A stretch of 60,000 bases of DNA from Malacoraja senta (Eukaryota), in NCBI GenBank assembly GCA_038087875.1, contig CM075990.1, positions 5,024,001 through 5,084,000 of the forward strand, read 5' to 3'. This document shows positions 13,214-25,634 of this stretch, in pieces. A program made the translations under genes and the position numbers. The first letter of the stretch is position 1, and the number at the start of each line of letters is the position of its first letter. A model generated the notes under the pieces. It did not search any database. It saw nothing but the letters and a program-made list of their open reading frames with translations, and was not told the origin of the DNA.

Positions 13214-13877
13214 AGGCTCTGTCTTACGGTGTTGCGGTCATCGGCGGTGAGCGCGGCTTCGCCTGTAGAGTGGACCGCACGCCAACGGCGAGAGCGCCGA
13301 GCCTATGCCACGGGAGCGCCGCACGGATGCTGTGCGGGGGCCGAGTGATTTAAATACGGCTGGTCCCACGTGCTTGCGGTAAGTTAAAAAAAGGGCGGGC
13401 CGACTGCGATGACGTCATTTTGCATCTGCGGGGCTGTGGCGGCGGCCGTCCTGATCGCGGCGCTGTAGCGGTGGCTGTGGCGGCGGCCGTCCCGCACACA
13501 TGACTCACTAGCGGCGGCTGTGGAGGCGGCCGTCCTGATCGCGGCGCTGTAGTGGTGGCTGTGGCGGCGGCCGTGCCGCACACGTGCCTCGCTGGCGGAG
13601 GCTGTGGCGGTGCAAGTTCGACGCACGGCGCTCGAGCCACACTGGCGGCGGCTGTGGCGGCGGCCGTGCCGCACTCGTGCCTCACTGGCGGAGGCTGTGC
13701 GGTAGGGACATATTTTTGAACAGTGTTGGTTCTATTTTAGCACCGTGCGGTGTTGGGAACAACGCCGCACGGCCCCGGAATTGTGGCATTTGACCGAGTG
13801 CGCGGTCTATGGCGGCCCAGGAGCGGTAGATTCTTCCCGTTTCGCCGCCAATGACCGCAGACTCGTGAGACAGGCCT
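13214..13877. mobile_element. TTAA-flanked MITE (Kolobok/T2- or PIF-Harbinger-like) with internal GC-rich minisatellite
   Basis: ttaa|AGGCTCTGTCTTACG..TGCGGTCATCGGCGG ... CCGCCAATGACCGCA..CGTGAGACAGGCCT|ttaa; internal GGCTGTGGCGGCGGCCGT repeats at ~13430-13700. Confidence 0.75.
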
Positions 13878-15950
13878 TTAAGTGTTATACCACAATATAG
13901 GTACAGGTTTGAAACCACAACCTACAGATTCAATGACAAGCACAATATCAAAGTATCAAGGCTGAGGGAAAGTGGAGTTGAAGTAGAATGAGACACCAAT
14001 TTGGTAGTCTCTTGGATCTTTTCTCTTTGTTTCCAAGGCATGATTGCTGCTAAGAGAGACACAGTGACACAGCAAATACTTTGGTGGAAGGACAGATTGT
14101 CACTGTAGCGCTGTTGTCATGATCATGCCTCTGAAACACAGGGAGTGGGTTCAAGAGCCACCCAGGAGACGAATGTAAGGCATTATAGGTTTTTTACCGA
14201 AGGCAGACATAAAATGCTGGAGTAACTCAGTGGGTCAGGCAGCATCTCTGGAGGAAAGGAATAGGTGACATTTCGGGTCAAAACCCTTCTTCAGACTGAG
14301 AGTCAAGGGGAAACTAGGGGAACTGGCAGGACGACGAGGTGGGGGTGGGGTCACCCCAGCCTCTCAGTCTGCAGAAACGTTTCGACCCAAAACCTTATCT
14401 ATTCCGTTTCATCAGAGTCTCAGCGCCTCCCCGAGTGTCTTGCCAGTTCCACTGTTTGCCTCCATAGATCCCTTGTTATCATCTCTTCCACAGCCAACAA
14501 TGGACCATAGAGCTCTCCACCTTTCCATGGTCATCGTTGCCGGCTCTGATTTGTTCTGAACCTTTTCATACCTCTAGTTTCCCTGTGCCCTGACTCTTAG
14601 TCTGAAGAAGGGTCTCGACCCAATAAGTCACCTATTCTTTTACTCCAGAGATGCTGCCTGACCCGCTGAATTACTCCAGCTTTTATCTTCGGTGTAAACC
14701 AGCACCTACAGTTCCTTCCTATATGTTTTTGATATTTCCTTCAACCGTGACTTACAGAAATTTTACTGTTAAGCCAAAATATAAATTAAAATTAAGAAGC
14801 GAAAAAAAAAGCCTGAATGCCAGAGACAATGATGCAGGAGCGATTAGGTGAGCGAAACATAGATCTACCATACAGAAATTGTCTTGTGGTTTTATTTTGC
14901 TGTCGGTTAAAAGAAACGAAGAGCATATTGCTCTCGTTCAGATGACTGGAACATTCCTGCATTGCTGCCAAAATAGTTTGGAACAGAGGACGACTTTTCC
15001 AATGTTGACGCACGTCATTAACTTGATCAACTTCAATATTCAGCAATAAATTAGTCAATCAGTAACCTTTCGGTTCGGAAGGAACGTAACCATATGTTTA
15101 TTCCGCATCCCATACCCTAAGTAACATTTATACGTTAACTGCAAACATTCAAGAACCAGACCCCACTGATTACCGTCCTTTAGCTGCCAGCTTGTTTTAT
15201 TCTGAAGAAGGGTCTCGACCCCAAAACGCCACCCATTCCTTCTCTCCAGTGATGCTGCCAGTCCCGCTGAGTTGCTCCAGCATTTTGTGTCTACCTTTTG
15301 TTTTTATACTAAGCCGATTCTCCGGATTGTAAACAATTTATCAATGCTGCAGTAAGCACTAATCAATTCTATGCATTTCTGTTGTTAAATGCATTTACAT
15401 TTGTATAGCAAACAACAAAAATGTGTCCTTATCTTCATCTCTCAAATTCTCTACCTTTTGTTTCAATGTTGTTTCTCACAGTCTTGTGAACTTTCTACCT
15501 GCTCTCTTTACACTGATGGATCTAATTTCCCCAGTGGCCTTATTTTCCATGTTCCCGTTTTAAGAGTAACTTTACTCTCCACTTAGGTCTTCTCTTTTAT
15601 ATTCTCCCATTTTCCTTGCTAAAGAAAAAAAATCCCATAGCATTTAAAATGCCGCAAAGTCCTCAGAGCTGGATATTCTTCATTGAAGGTTACAAGACTA
15701 TTCACAATAAGAGGGTTTCAGATCAGAATTCAACCTTGCCCTTATACAAGGAAAATTAATTTCAATGGGATCGTGACAGTGGTGGGGTGCGCTTGGATCA
15801 AAATCACAATGAAAACTAAGCTGCAAGGATAATGTGATAATTGCTCTAATGTGGCAGAAATAGGCTAACAACACAGGCTATTGGCCAAATCTAGACCAAT
15901 TTTTAGTTTTGTTTATTGTCACGTGTACTGAGGTACAGTGAAAAGCTATT

Positions 15951-16045
15951 TCTGAAGAAGGGTTTCGGCCCGAAACGTTGCCTATTTCCTTCGCTCCATA
16001 GATGCTGCTGCACCCGCTGAGTTTCTCCAGCATTTTTGTGTACCT
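15951..16045 (+). mobile_element. 95-bp Penelope-derived insertion with minimal hammerhead motif and 14-bp TSD
   Basis: Flanked by AGTGAAAAGCTATT at 15937-15950 and 16046-16059; begins TCTGAAGAAGGGTTTCGGCCCGAAACGTT. Confidence 0.8.
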
Positions 16046-19000
16046 AGTGAAAAGCTATTGTTGCGTGTTAACCAGCCAGTGGAAAGACAATACATGATTT
16101 CAATGGGGCTATTCGCAGTTTACAGATATGCGATAAGGGAATAACGTTTAGTGCAAGATAAAGCCAGTAAAGTCCGATCAAAGATTTCCATATTAGGCAA
16201 GTAAGCTGGGGATGGGGGTTGTAGTGGTGGCAAGGAAATCACCGGCAATAACTTTTTTGGGTGAGTTTTGTTTCTCATCTCTTCATTCTTTGAATAAAAC
16301 AAGACCATGGCTGTTTATTCCAGTGGTTGATGTGAACAGTAATGACGCAAGAGTGTCATTTGACAATAACCAGGTGAGGTGAAGGAGTTGGTGTTCTAGT
16401 TAACATTCCTCCCAATTATCAGCAAAAACAATGCATTTGGTAACACAGGAAAGTAGATGATGGAATCTGGAGCAAAGCAGAAGTGCTGGAGGAATTCTGC
16501 AGGTCAGGCAGCATCTCTGGAGGGAATGGACAGATGACGCATGGGTCAGGACCCATTTTCAATCTGATTGAAGAAGTAGTGGGAAAAGCTGGAATAGAGA
16601 GTTGGGGACAGACAAAGCCTGGCAAGTGATAGGTGGATACGGGTGAGGGGGGTTTGAATGCCAGATGCGTGAAGTAAGTGACAAAGGCCAGAGGTGAAAA
16701 AGGGGACAAAGGGGTGTCGGATATGTAGCAATGAGGAGTGAAACGTAAAGTTGGAGGAAGGAATGTGGGTGCATGAATCAGGTGGAAGAGGTATTCACGT
16801 AATACTCCCTCTCTTTCCCGTGCTCTCCCAAAGAGTACGCATATATTCCTCCTATCGTCTTCTAACCTTGACCCCCTCCCCTGTCACCCTGCTCCTTCCC
16901 ACACCGATCTCAGTCCCCAAATTCCCTTTTATCCCCCATGTCCCCTTTCACCAATATGCCTCCCTCTGGCTTTAGATGTCATTTCTCCTCTTCTTGCCTT
17001 TTGTCTCCTTTTTACCTCCATCCTTTGTCACTTACTCCATCCATCTGCCAAACATCACCATCCCACCCCCCCCCCCCTCACCTACATCCACCTATCTCTT
17101 GCCAGGCTAGGTTGTCCGAAGAAGGGTCTCGACCCAAAACATCACCAATTCCTTCTCAACAGAGATGAATGAATGAATGAATATGTTTATTGTCATTGCA
17201 CAATACTGTGCTGCCTGTCCCACTGAGTTACTCCAGCATTCTGTGTCTATCTTTGTTTTAAACCAGCATCTGCAGTTCCTGCCTATCACTTGCCAGGCTG
17301 TGTCCAATCCCAATTTCAATCAGTCTGAAGAAGTGTCCCAACCCAAAATGTCATCTGTCCAATTCCCCCCTCCCCTCCCCCCCCCCCCCCACCACTGATG
17401 TTGCCTGATCTGCTGAGTTCCTCCAGAACTTTGTGTTCTGAATGTGATTGGTAATTTGATTTGTGGTGTTTGTGTGATCCTATTGCATGTATAACAGCAA
17501 CACTTGCGAAGTTAACATATGTATCCAAAATTCACTGTTTAAAATTTGATATTGTTTCAGATTAAGTATATAAATGTATTTATTCTGCATCTTTCATGAC
17601 CTGAGGAAAGAATGAATCCAATGAAGTGTTTTGGCAATAAAATCAGAAAATGCTGGAACACTCTGCATTCTGCATTACATTTGTAACCCAAAATGTTAAC
17701 TGTTCCTATTTCCACAGTTACTACCTAACCATCAGAGCATTTCCATCATTTTCTATTTCATTTGATTTCCGACATCTGATTTTTGGGGGGGTGGGTGGGG
17801 TGGTTTTCAAGTAGTTTGCATTATTCCCTGTGGTAAGGTAGAAACAAGAACCAGCTGACGTCACATAAATAACATGGATAACTTGCACTGGCAGTGTTAG
17901 TTGAAGGATGAATGTTTTCCGAGTCGTGAGGCAGTTGTTTTTAAATACATGCCAGATCAGGAAGAGTGCTCTGGATATATCACAGCAAGGTTTGGGAACA
18001 GCTCCATCCAAGACCGCAAGCAATTGCAGAGAATCATGGACACAGCCCAGATCAGCACACAAACCAACCTCCCTTCTGTGTCTTGACCCAAAACGTCACG
18101 TATTCCTTCCCTACACAGATGCTGCCTCACCTGCTGAGTTTCTCCAGCATTTTTGTCTACCTTCCCTTCCATTGAAGATAGACACAAAATGCTGGAGTAA
18201 CTCAGCGGAACAGGCAGCATCTCTGGATCGAAGGAATGGGCGATGTTTCGGGTCGAGACCCTTCTTTAGACTGACTCCACCCAACAGTCTCGACCCGAAA
18301 TGTCACCAATTCCTTCTATTTTCGTTGTAATCCAGCATCTGCAGTTCCTTCCTATTCCCTTCCATTGACACCTCAAGTTGCCTCGGCAAAACAACAGCAT
18401 AAAGGACGAGCCACTCCCTCTTCTCCCCTCTACCATCGGGCAAAAGGTACAGAAGTGTGGAAAACGCACACCTCCAGATTCAAAAACAGTTTCTTTCCGG
18501 ATGTTATCAACTGAACCATTTACCAACAACTAGAGACCTGAACTGCTATCTACCTCATTAGAGACTCTCGGACTATCTTTGATCGGATTTTACTGGACTT
18601 TATCTTGCACTAAACTATATTCACACTATTATGTATCAGTACATCGTGGGTGGCTCAATAGTAATCACGATTGTCTTTTCCGCTGACTGGATAGCACTCA
18701 ATAAAAAAGCTTTTCACTGTACCTCGGTACACGTGACAATAAATAAACTAAATTAAACCTATCCACCAGGACCGAAGATAGACACCAAATGCTGGAGTAA
18801 CTCAGTTGGACAGGCAACATCTCTGGAGAGAAGGAATGGGTGATGTTTTGGGTCGAGACCCTTCTTCAGACTGAGAGTCAGGGGAGAGGAGAACTTCCCT
18901 CAAGAAACGTCACCCATTCCTTCTCTTCAGAGATGACTTGCTGAGTTTCTCCAGCATTTTGTGTCTATCTTCAGTGTCTTCATCTGCAGTTCCTTCCTAC

Positions 19001-19166
19001 ACACTTTCTATTAGGATCGCCAGCCTTTCCCTTCTCCCTCTCTTCTTCCTTGCTCCCTGCTCACCTCTCTCCCTCTCCCTCTCCCTCTCCTCCCTCCGTC
19101 CCCCAGCCCCCCGTGTGGTGCGGGACAGGATCCTCAGCCTTGCCCCGATCCCTTTGCTTTTGTTAC

Positions 19167-19298
19167 CTCGTTGTCTATCAAGGCATCGACCCGTGGGTCG
19201 CTGTGGGACATCCTGGGGATGGCCTTGGTCGCGAAGGTGTAGTTCCTCAGCTGAGCCTCGCTCCATCCCCGGGTGTCTCCGCTCTGCTCCGCCATCAT
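19167..19298 (-). CDS. HIF1AN: HIF1AN/FIH-1 (HIF asparaginyl hydroxylase) coding exon 1; rest of gene outside window
   Basis: Translates MMAEQSGDTRGWSEAQLRNYTFATKAIPRMSHSDPRVDALIDNE, resembling the FIH N-terminus (W.E.QLR.Y.F.T..IPR.S.SDPR...LI.NE). Ends in a phase-0 donor GAG|GTAACA. Lies in a CpG island head-to-head with NDUFB8, as in other vertebrates. Confidence 0.88.
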
Positions 19299-19848
19299 CA
19301 CCACCTCCTCCTCCTCGCTGCCGAGTCCCGCTGCACCAGCAAAGAAACGGACAAGAAGGCGGACGGTGCGAACAACAGGCAGAGCAGCGCCCGATGGAAG
19401 GGGAAGGGAAGGGATGGGAGGGGAGGGGAGGGGAGGGAAGATCACTCGCCGGGCATTGGCGCCGTCCTCCCGCAGCGCCCCCCACCTGGCCGGTGGACCG
19501 CAGCACCCCCATTGGCGCCGACCTCCAGCAGCGCCCCCATCCGACCTGAGGGCTGCAGTGCCCCCCCATTGGTCCGGGCGATCGCAGCGCCCCCATCCGA
19601 CCGGAGGACTGCAGTGCCCCCCCCATTGGTCCGGGCGATCGCAGCGCCCCCATCCGACCGGAGGACTGCAGTGCCCCCGTCGGGCCGGAGGACCGCAGCG
19701 CCGACAGCCGCAAACGCATCGCAACCACCCTCCATCGCCACCTGGCGGATGGAGGAATCAATCAGCCGCCGGGCTCAACCTCAACCCCGACTCTGCGCCT
19801 GCGCAGGGCAGGTTGCTCGGCGTTGCCTTGGCGCTCGTCCGGGAGGAG
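19299..19848. promoter_or_regulatory. Bidirectional CpG-island promoter shared by HIF1AN and NDUFB8
   Basis: GC/CpG-rich, between two divergent start codons. NRF1-type TGCGCCTGCGCA at 19794-19805; CTCF-like CCGCCAGGTGGCG on minus at ~19735-19749; ATTGG (reverse CCAAT) at 19511, 19568, 19625. Confidence 0.8.
19500..19700. repeat. GC-rich minisatellite, ~57-bp unit of two ~28-bp subunits, ~3.5 copies
   Basis: Alternating CCCCCATTGGTCCGGGCGATCGCAGCG and CCCCCATCCGACCGGAGGACTGCAGTG blocks. Confidence 0.85.
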
Positions 19849-19939
19849 ATGGCTTCAACCGGCCGCTGGATTCGGGCTCTCACCCGGGGCATTACAAAGA
19901 ACCTGCAACCGGCTGGGAGCTGCACCTCCGTCCGGGCTG
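19849..19939 (+). CDS. NDUFB8: NDUFB8 exon 1 (mitochondrial targeting peptide)
   Basis: gagATGG start, MASTGRWIRALTRGITKNLQPAGSCTSVRA (Arg-rich, no acidic residues), donor G|GTGAGA; phase 1 joins exon 2 in frame. Confidence 0.85.
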
Positions 19940-21750
19940 GTGAGAGCTGAGCTTTAACTGGTGTAAACGACAGTGGGTGGTTTAATGACTTCGACCTTGG
20001 AGATGTCCGGTGCAAGGCCTGGGGTTCAGCTTCAGGCTCTTAGATGGAAGGTCATCACAAATTTTCCTGCCTTGCCGAGCATAAGCTGCGTTTATTTCAG
20101 GTACTATGTTCGGGCAAATGGATTTAAATGGACTTAATTTATTATCTTTATGAGTGAAAGACTGAAAGCTAAGCTAAAGTGAGGGCCTGACGAAAGGTCC
20201 CAACCCAAAACGTCGCCGATGCATTCCCTCCCCTGATGCTGCCTGAGCCGCTGAGTTATTTCAGCACTTTGTATTTTGCTCAAGATTGCAGCATTGCAAT
20301 GTCTTATGTCTCTAAAATGTTTGTAAGTTCTCATATATCGTGGCAACTCCAATATTGAGAACAGTTTCTTCCCGGATACTCTTGAGAAGGATCGTAGACA
20401 CAAGGAAATGCAGATACTGGTTTACAGAAAAAAAGACACAAAATGCTGGAGTGACTTAGCAGGCCAGACAGCATCTCTGGAACATATGATCAGGCCACAT
20501 TTTGGGTCGGGGCCTTGCTCTGGTCTAAAGAGGGGTCCTGACCTGAAACGTCACCTATGTGCTCCAGAGATGCTGCTTGACCCTTTGAATTACTCCAGCA
20601 CTGTGTCTTTTTGGGGTGGTGAAGGGTTATTTTGGTTCGTTTTTCAAGGATTCCATGATCTTGGATGATCAGCCATGATCATATTGAACGGTGATGTTGG
20701 CTCGAAGGGCTGAATGGCCTACTCCTGCACCTATTTTTCTATGTTTCTATGTAATTTATTCATCAACAACAACAGCACTGCCTTTGTAAACATGTCTGCT
20801 GATCATGCTGAGTTGATCTGGAATGAGCTACAGGTTCAGCAGGTGATAAGCCAAAGTGAATTAATGCAGAATAAAAATTGAGACAGTCAATGTCACGTTG
20901 CCAGTTAATGATGAATAGATTTAGAGAGGGTCTGAAGGATGGGGAGAGTTTCACGTAGACCAAGAATTCTGCAGATGAGATAAAGGATCTATAATCTAGG
21001 ATGAAGACCCTTTTCCCCAAAAAATGGAAATAGAAGCAAAGGCAGAAGTAATAAAGAAACACCAATTGCAGTAATTTGGAACAAACGTGTTTAATTTTCA
21101 TTTGCTACATTATGTTAAATGATTTCATAAGTTATAGGAGCAGAATTAGTTTATTCGGCCCATCAGTTTACTCCGCCATTCCATCATGGCTGATCTATAT
21201 TTCCCTCTTAACCTCATTCTCCTGCCTTCTCCTTATAACCCCTAACACCCGTACTAATCAAGAATCTGTCAAGCTCCGCCTTAAAACTAACCATTGACTT
21301 GGCCTCCAAAGCCTTCTGTGGCACTGAATTCCGCAGGTTCACTACCCTTTGACTAAAGACCTTCCTCCTCGGCTCCTTTCTAAAGGGTTTATAAATGTGA
21401 GAAAGTTCCAGTTTTTGTTTATACTGGAATGCAGGCCTGCTGTGAATGTCTGATTAAAATGAAAATTTTGCGATTTGTCACTTGTTCTCGTGTATCACCA
21501 TAAAATTAAGTCCACAGAGTTGTGATGTGGACAATGATTGACGATTGGAACAAACTGTCTCAAAAGTCCATTCCACAAGGAAGACAGGGGTGTAGGGATG
21601 CTCTGGCACCGGTAGTTCTTGATTATTCAAGATTCTCTTTTCTTCTTTGTTTCCTCCATACTGGCTTCCTCCTATCAATGGTTCTCTGAGCCCGAGGCTT
21701 CCTGCTCTTCTCATCATGTACTTCCAAATTGACATGGGGAAAACCATTAA

Positions 21751-21939
<189 letters not shown>

Positions 21940-22595
21940 TGAGATTCTTTCTGAATAATGGAGTTAATATTGTGTACTAGAAAATAGGACATTTACAAGT
22001 TATCCTGGTATCTTTTAAGAGAAGAGGGTCTGATGTCGCCATTGAGTATATGATGGCTTCTGCAGGTCAAATTCATTTTTAAGCATTTAGAATGCAGGAG
22101 AGTGAGAAATAGTCATGTTGGCATCACTGTGCCTACTCTACCATTCAATGTATATGGCTGATCTTTTACTTCTGCGCCACTTTCCTGTACTAATCTGACA
22201 TCCCTTCATTTGTTCTTACCCAAATATATATTGATCTCTGTATTAAATGAACTGAGCCTCCAGTCCCTTCTTGGTTAGAGAATTCCAATGATTCACTCTG
22301 CTCTGGGAGAAATATTTTTTCTCTTCTCTGTCCAAAATGACAGACATCTTATTATGAGCTGCATCTTGCAACTAAACAACTGGAAATATCATCTCTGTTT
22401 GACACCTTAACAATTTTGTCTTTTTCAAAGAGATCACCTCTCATTCTTCTGAACTCGAGTAAACATCACTGTACTTGAACTCTATTCATAGGGCAAATGC
22501 ACTGTCCCTAGAATCAATCTCATAGTCATACAGCACAGAAACAGGCCCTTCAGTGCACCATGTCCATGCCGACCATCAAGTACCATGTTATCATT

Positions 22596-23407
22596 AAACA
22601 AGTGATCCTCCGTCAGTTTCGCCACCCAACAAGTGATCCTCCGTCAGTTTCGCCACCTCCAACGTGACCCCACCACTCGCCACATCTTCCCATCTCCACC
22701 CATGTCTGCCTTCCGCAAAGACCGCTCCCTCCGTAACTCCCTTGTCAATTCTTCCCTTCCCTCCCATACCACCCCCTCCCCTGGTACTTTCCCTTGCAAC
22801 CGCAAGAGATGCAACACTTGTCCCTTCACCTCCCCCTCCACTCCATTCAAGGACCCAAGCAGTCGTTCCAGGTGCGACAGAGGTTCACCTGCATCTCCTC
22901 CAACCTCATCTATTGCATTCGCTGCTCTAGATGCCAGCTGATCTACATCGGTGAGACCAAGCGGAGGCTTGGCGATCGTTTCGCCGAACACCTCCGGTCG
23001 GTCCGCAATAACCAACCTGAACTCCCGGTGGCTCAGCACTTCAACTCCCCCTCCCATTCCGTATCTGACCTCTCTGTCCTGGGTCTCCTCCATGGCCACA
23101 GCGAGCAACACGGTAAATTGGAGGAAATGCACCTCATATTCCGCTTGGGCAGTCTACATCCTGGTGGCCTGAACGTTGAATTCTCCCAATTCTGCTAGCC
23201 CTGGCTGTCCCCTCCCCTTCATCAGCCATCTGGTTGTCTCCTCCCCTCCCCCAGCCCTCGGGCTCCTCCTCCGCCTTTTCCTTTTTTCCTTTCTTCTCCC
23301 CACCCCCTATCAGTCTGAAGAAGGGTTTCAGCCCGAAACGTTACCTATTTCCTTCGCTCCATAGATGCTGCTGCACCCGCTGAGTTTCTCCAGCATTTTT
23401 GTGTACC
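22596..23407 (+). mobile_element. 5'-truncated Penelope-like retroelement (GIY-YIG endonuclease + 3' repeat) in NDUFB8 intron 2
   Basis: NLIYCIRCSRCQLIYIGETKRRLGDRFAEH...VAQHFN...LIFRLGSLHPGGLN; 15-bp TSD TACCATGTTATCATT at 22581-22595 and 23408-23422. Confidence 0.88.
23315..23342 (+). ncRNA. Minimal hammerhead ribozyme motif in the PLE 3' repeat (representative of many copies)
   Basis: CUGAAGA-A-GGGU(UUCA)GCCC-GAAAC-GUU: core boxes, short stem II and palindromic ACGU stem III. Confidence 0.6.
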
Positions 23408-24164
23408 TACCATGTTATCATTGTTTGAAATCTAGCCCACTTATGGTTGTGTCACCTGCAAATTTGTAGTTAGAGTTAGGCACACAGAATTCGGCCGCGA
23501 ATGTAAAGAGAGGAGTGTAAGAGGATGAAGACGTAACCTTGCCGGGTTTCGGAGTTGAGAATTATTGAGTTGGATGTTTTGTCACATACCCTTACTGATT
23601 GTGGTCAGTGGGCAAGAGGCCAAGAATGCAGTGGGGGAGGCTACTGAGCCTTAGATCCAGGAGTTTGGAAATGGAAATAATGGACACAAAGATCTGGAGT
23701 AACTCAGTGGTCAGGCAACATCTCTGGAGAACATGGAAAGATGATGTTTCGGGTCAAGACCCTTCATCAGAGTCTAAACAAGGGTCCCAACCTGAAACGT
23801 CATCTATCCATGTTCTCTGGAGATGCTGCCTGACCCACTGAGTTATTCCAGCACATTGTGTTCTTTTGTGTGAACCTGCATTTGAAGTTCCTTGTTTCTA
23901 CATTTTGGAGATGAGTTTGGTTGGAATTTTGTTGTTGTAGTCAATACACGGGAGTTTGACAAAGGTGTTCTGGTTATCCAGATGTTCAATGGATGAGCTA
24001 TTCATTGTTTTGTGAACTATTCAATGTTTTCTGAAGGGACTGCTATTAATTTTTTTCCTTCAATTTTATAACTTACAATGGGTGTGTAACCACCTGAGGT
24101 AACCAATGAAGATCCAGACAAGAATCCTAATAGTAAAACTGAAAATTTATTTTCCCCTTAATAG

Positions 24165-24264
24165 ATTTGGTGACTACCCAAAGCTACCGGACAAGTCTCA
24201 GCAGGAGCGAGATCCATGGTATTCTTGGGATGAACCTGACCTGCGAAGAAATTACGGTGAACCG
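24165..24264 (+). CDS. NDUFB8: NDUFB8 exon 3
   Basis: taatag acceptor; [33 protein letters not shown]; donor GTAAGT. Confidence 0.96.
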
Positions 24265-25006
24265 GTAAGTAGAAAGAAATTTGAAGCAGCAGTCCAGATT
24301 CTAATAACATTTTGAATTTCTGGAAACTCTCCAGCTTTGCCCCACTTTCCTACAAAATATGTTCAAGTGATTTTTCTTTTTCCTCTCTGTGCAGTTCATA
24401 GTGAATCTTACTTTGGCTCATTGTTGGCAAGTTGTAGTTTAGAGTTGAATGCCAATTATGAGTGTGAAGATGTTTGCTAAGTTTCATCGCATATCTGACA
24501 CTGAAATCCAAGGAGGGATCTTTCGTGTAGCTAGATGAACATCCAAGAAGATGCATTTATCTATTGAGCCAGTGGGGAAGCCAAAAAGCTTCTAACCTTT
24601 TAATTTCATCAATGAAACATATTGTACGTGTTGTTCAGGAAGAAGGAAAACAGTGTTTACATTTAGTAAGCACTATTGCCTTTGCGATATCTCATTATTT
24701 CATTTGCTCACTTGCTCATTATCTGTACTTTTGGAGGTATATGAATATCTAATACACATGCTAAAGAACTGATGAGGAAACTTTGTTTGCCCAATGCACT
24801 GACTGATATCAATAATTAAGCCAAAAGGTATAAGGCCTGCCAAGTTTAGACAGAACCTTCCATTTTCTTCTTTGTATTCAAATAAACTGCACATGGCTTC
24901 AACTGTAATATGTACCCATTGGATCATGCTTTTAAGAAATATTTTGCTGGTGGATGATTTGATTTGGTGTTCTGTTTAAAATATTTCTCCTGTTTGCTTT
25001 TTCCAG

Positions 25007-25162
25007 ATGCATTGGGATTTTGATATGTTCATTCGTAATCGAGTTGATACCTCTCCAAGCCCTGTGGACTGGAATACTATGGTTAAGCACTTTTGCGGCT
25101 TTCTAGGATTCATGCTCATCATGTTCTATGTTGGAGAAATATTTCCCTCATACCAGCCAGTG
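25007..25162 (+). CDS. NDUFB8: NDUFB8 exon 4 (transmembrane helix)
   Basis: tttttccag acceptor; MHWDFDMFIRNRVDTSPSPVDWNTMVKHFCGFLGFMLIMFYVGEIFPSYQPV; donor GTAAGC. Confidence 0.96.
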
Positions 25163-25634
25163 GTAAGCTTTTGCTATGTTAATGCCTATTTATTCTCTCA
25201 TTTATAGTCAAATTTTGTCATCTTGTGAACACTGCTCAAGTGCAATGACAGGATATGAAAGGCTGAGGTGGAGAAAACCAAAATGTCCCTCATTTTCTGG
25301 GGCAGGGAAGTGGATCCAGAACCAGAGGAATTAATTATCTGGTTTACTGGGTGGAAAATGAGACATGAGGTGGACTGTGTGGAAAATGAGACATTTTTTC
25401 TCCAGTGTCTGGAATTCGCTAGCTGAAATAGTTTTAGAGGAAGGAAGTCCTATCTAGTTTAAAGAATGTTTGGATATATATTCAGAAAGCTGTTAGCTGC
25501 ATAGCCACAAAACTCTGCAAGGTGCATTTAGGTTAGGCAGCTCTTTGTGGATCTGTACAGATGTAATCAGCTGATTGGCAGCATTGTATGTCATAAGTTT
25601 TTTTTCATTTCTTTGGAAAGTTGTGAGGACAACA

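Noticed and set aside
13350..13793. Ala/Pro/Arg-rich repetitive ORFs
   Set aside because: Read-through of the minisatellite inside a MITE.
18938..19950. Overlapping 196-297 aa ORFs, including apparent N-terminal extensions of HIF1AN and NDUFB8
   Set aside because: Stop-poor GC-rich island and minisatellite; the two extensions start at TTG/GTG, translations are low-complexity, and only the two exon-1 segments are homologous to known proteins.
21478..21747. 89-aa antisense ORF in NDUFB8 intron 1
   Set aside because: No recognisable homology or splice context; length is within chance expectation.
24769..24781. CTGATGAGGAAAC resembling a hammerhead core in NDUFB8 intron 3
   Set aside because: No room for stem II between the boxes; chance match.
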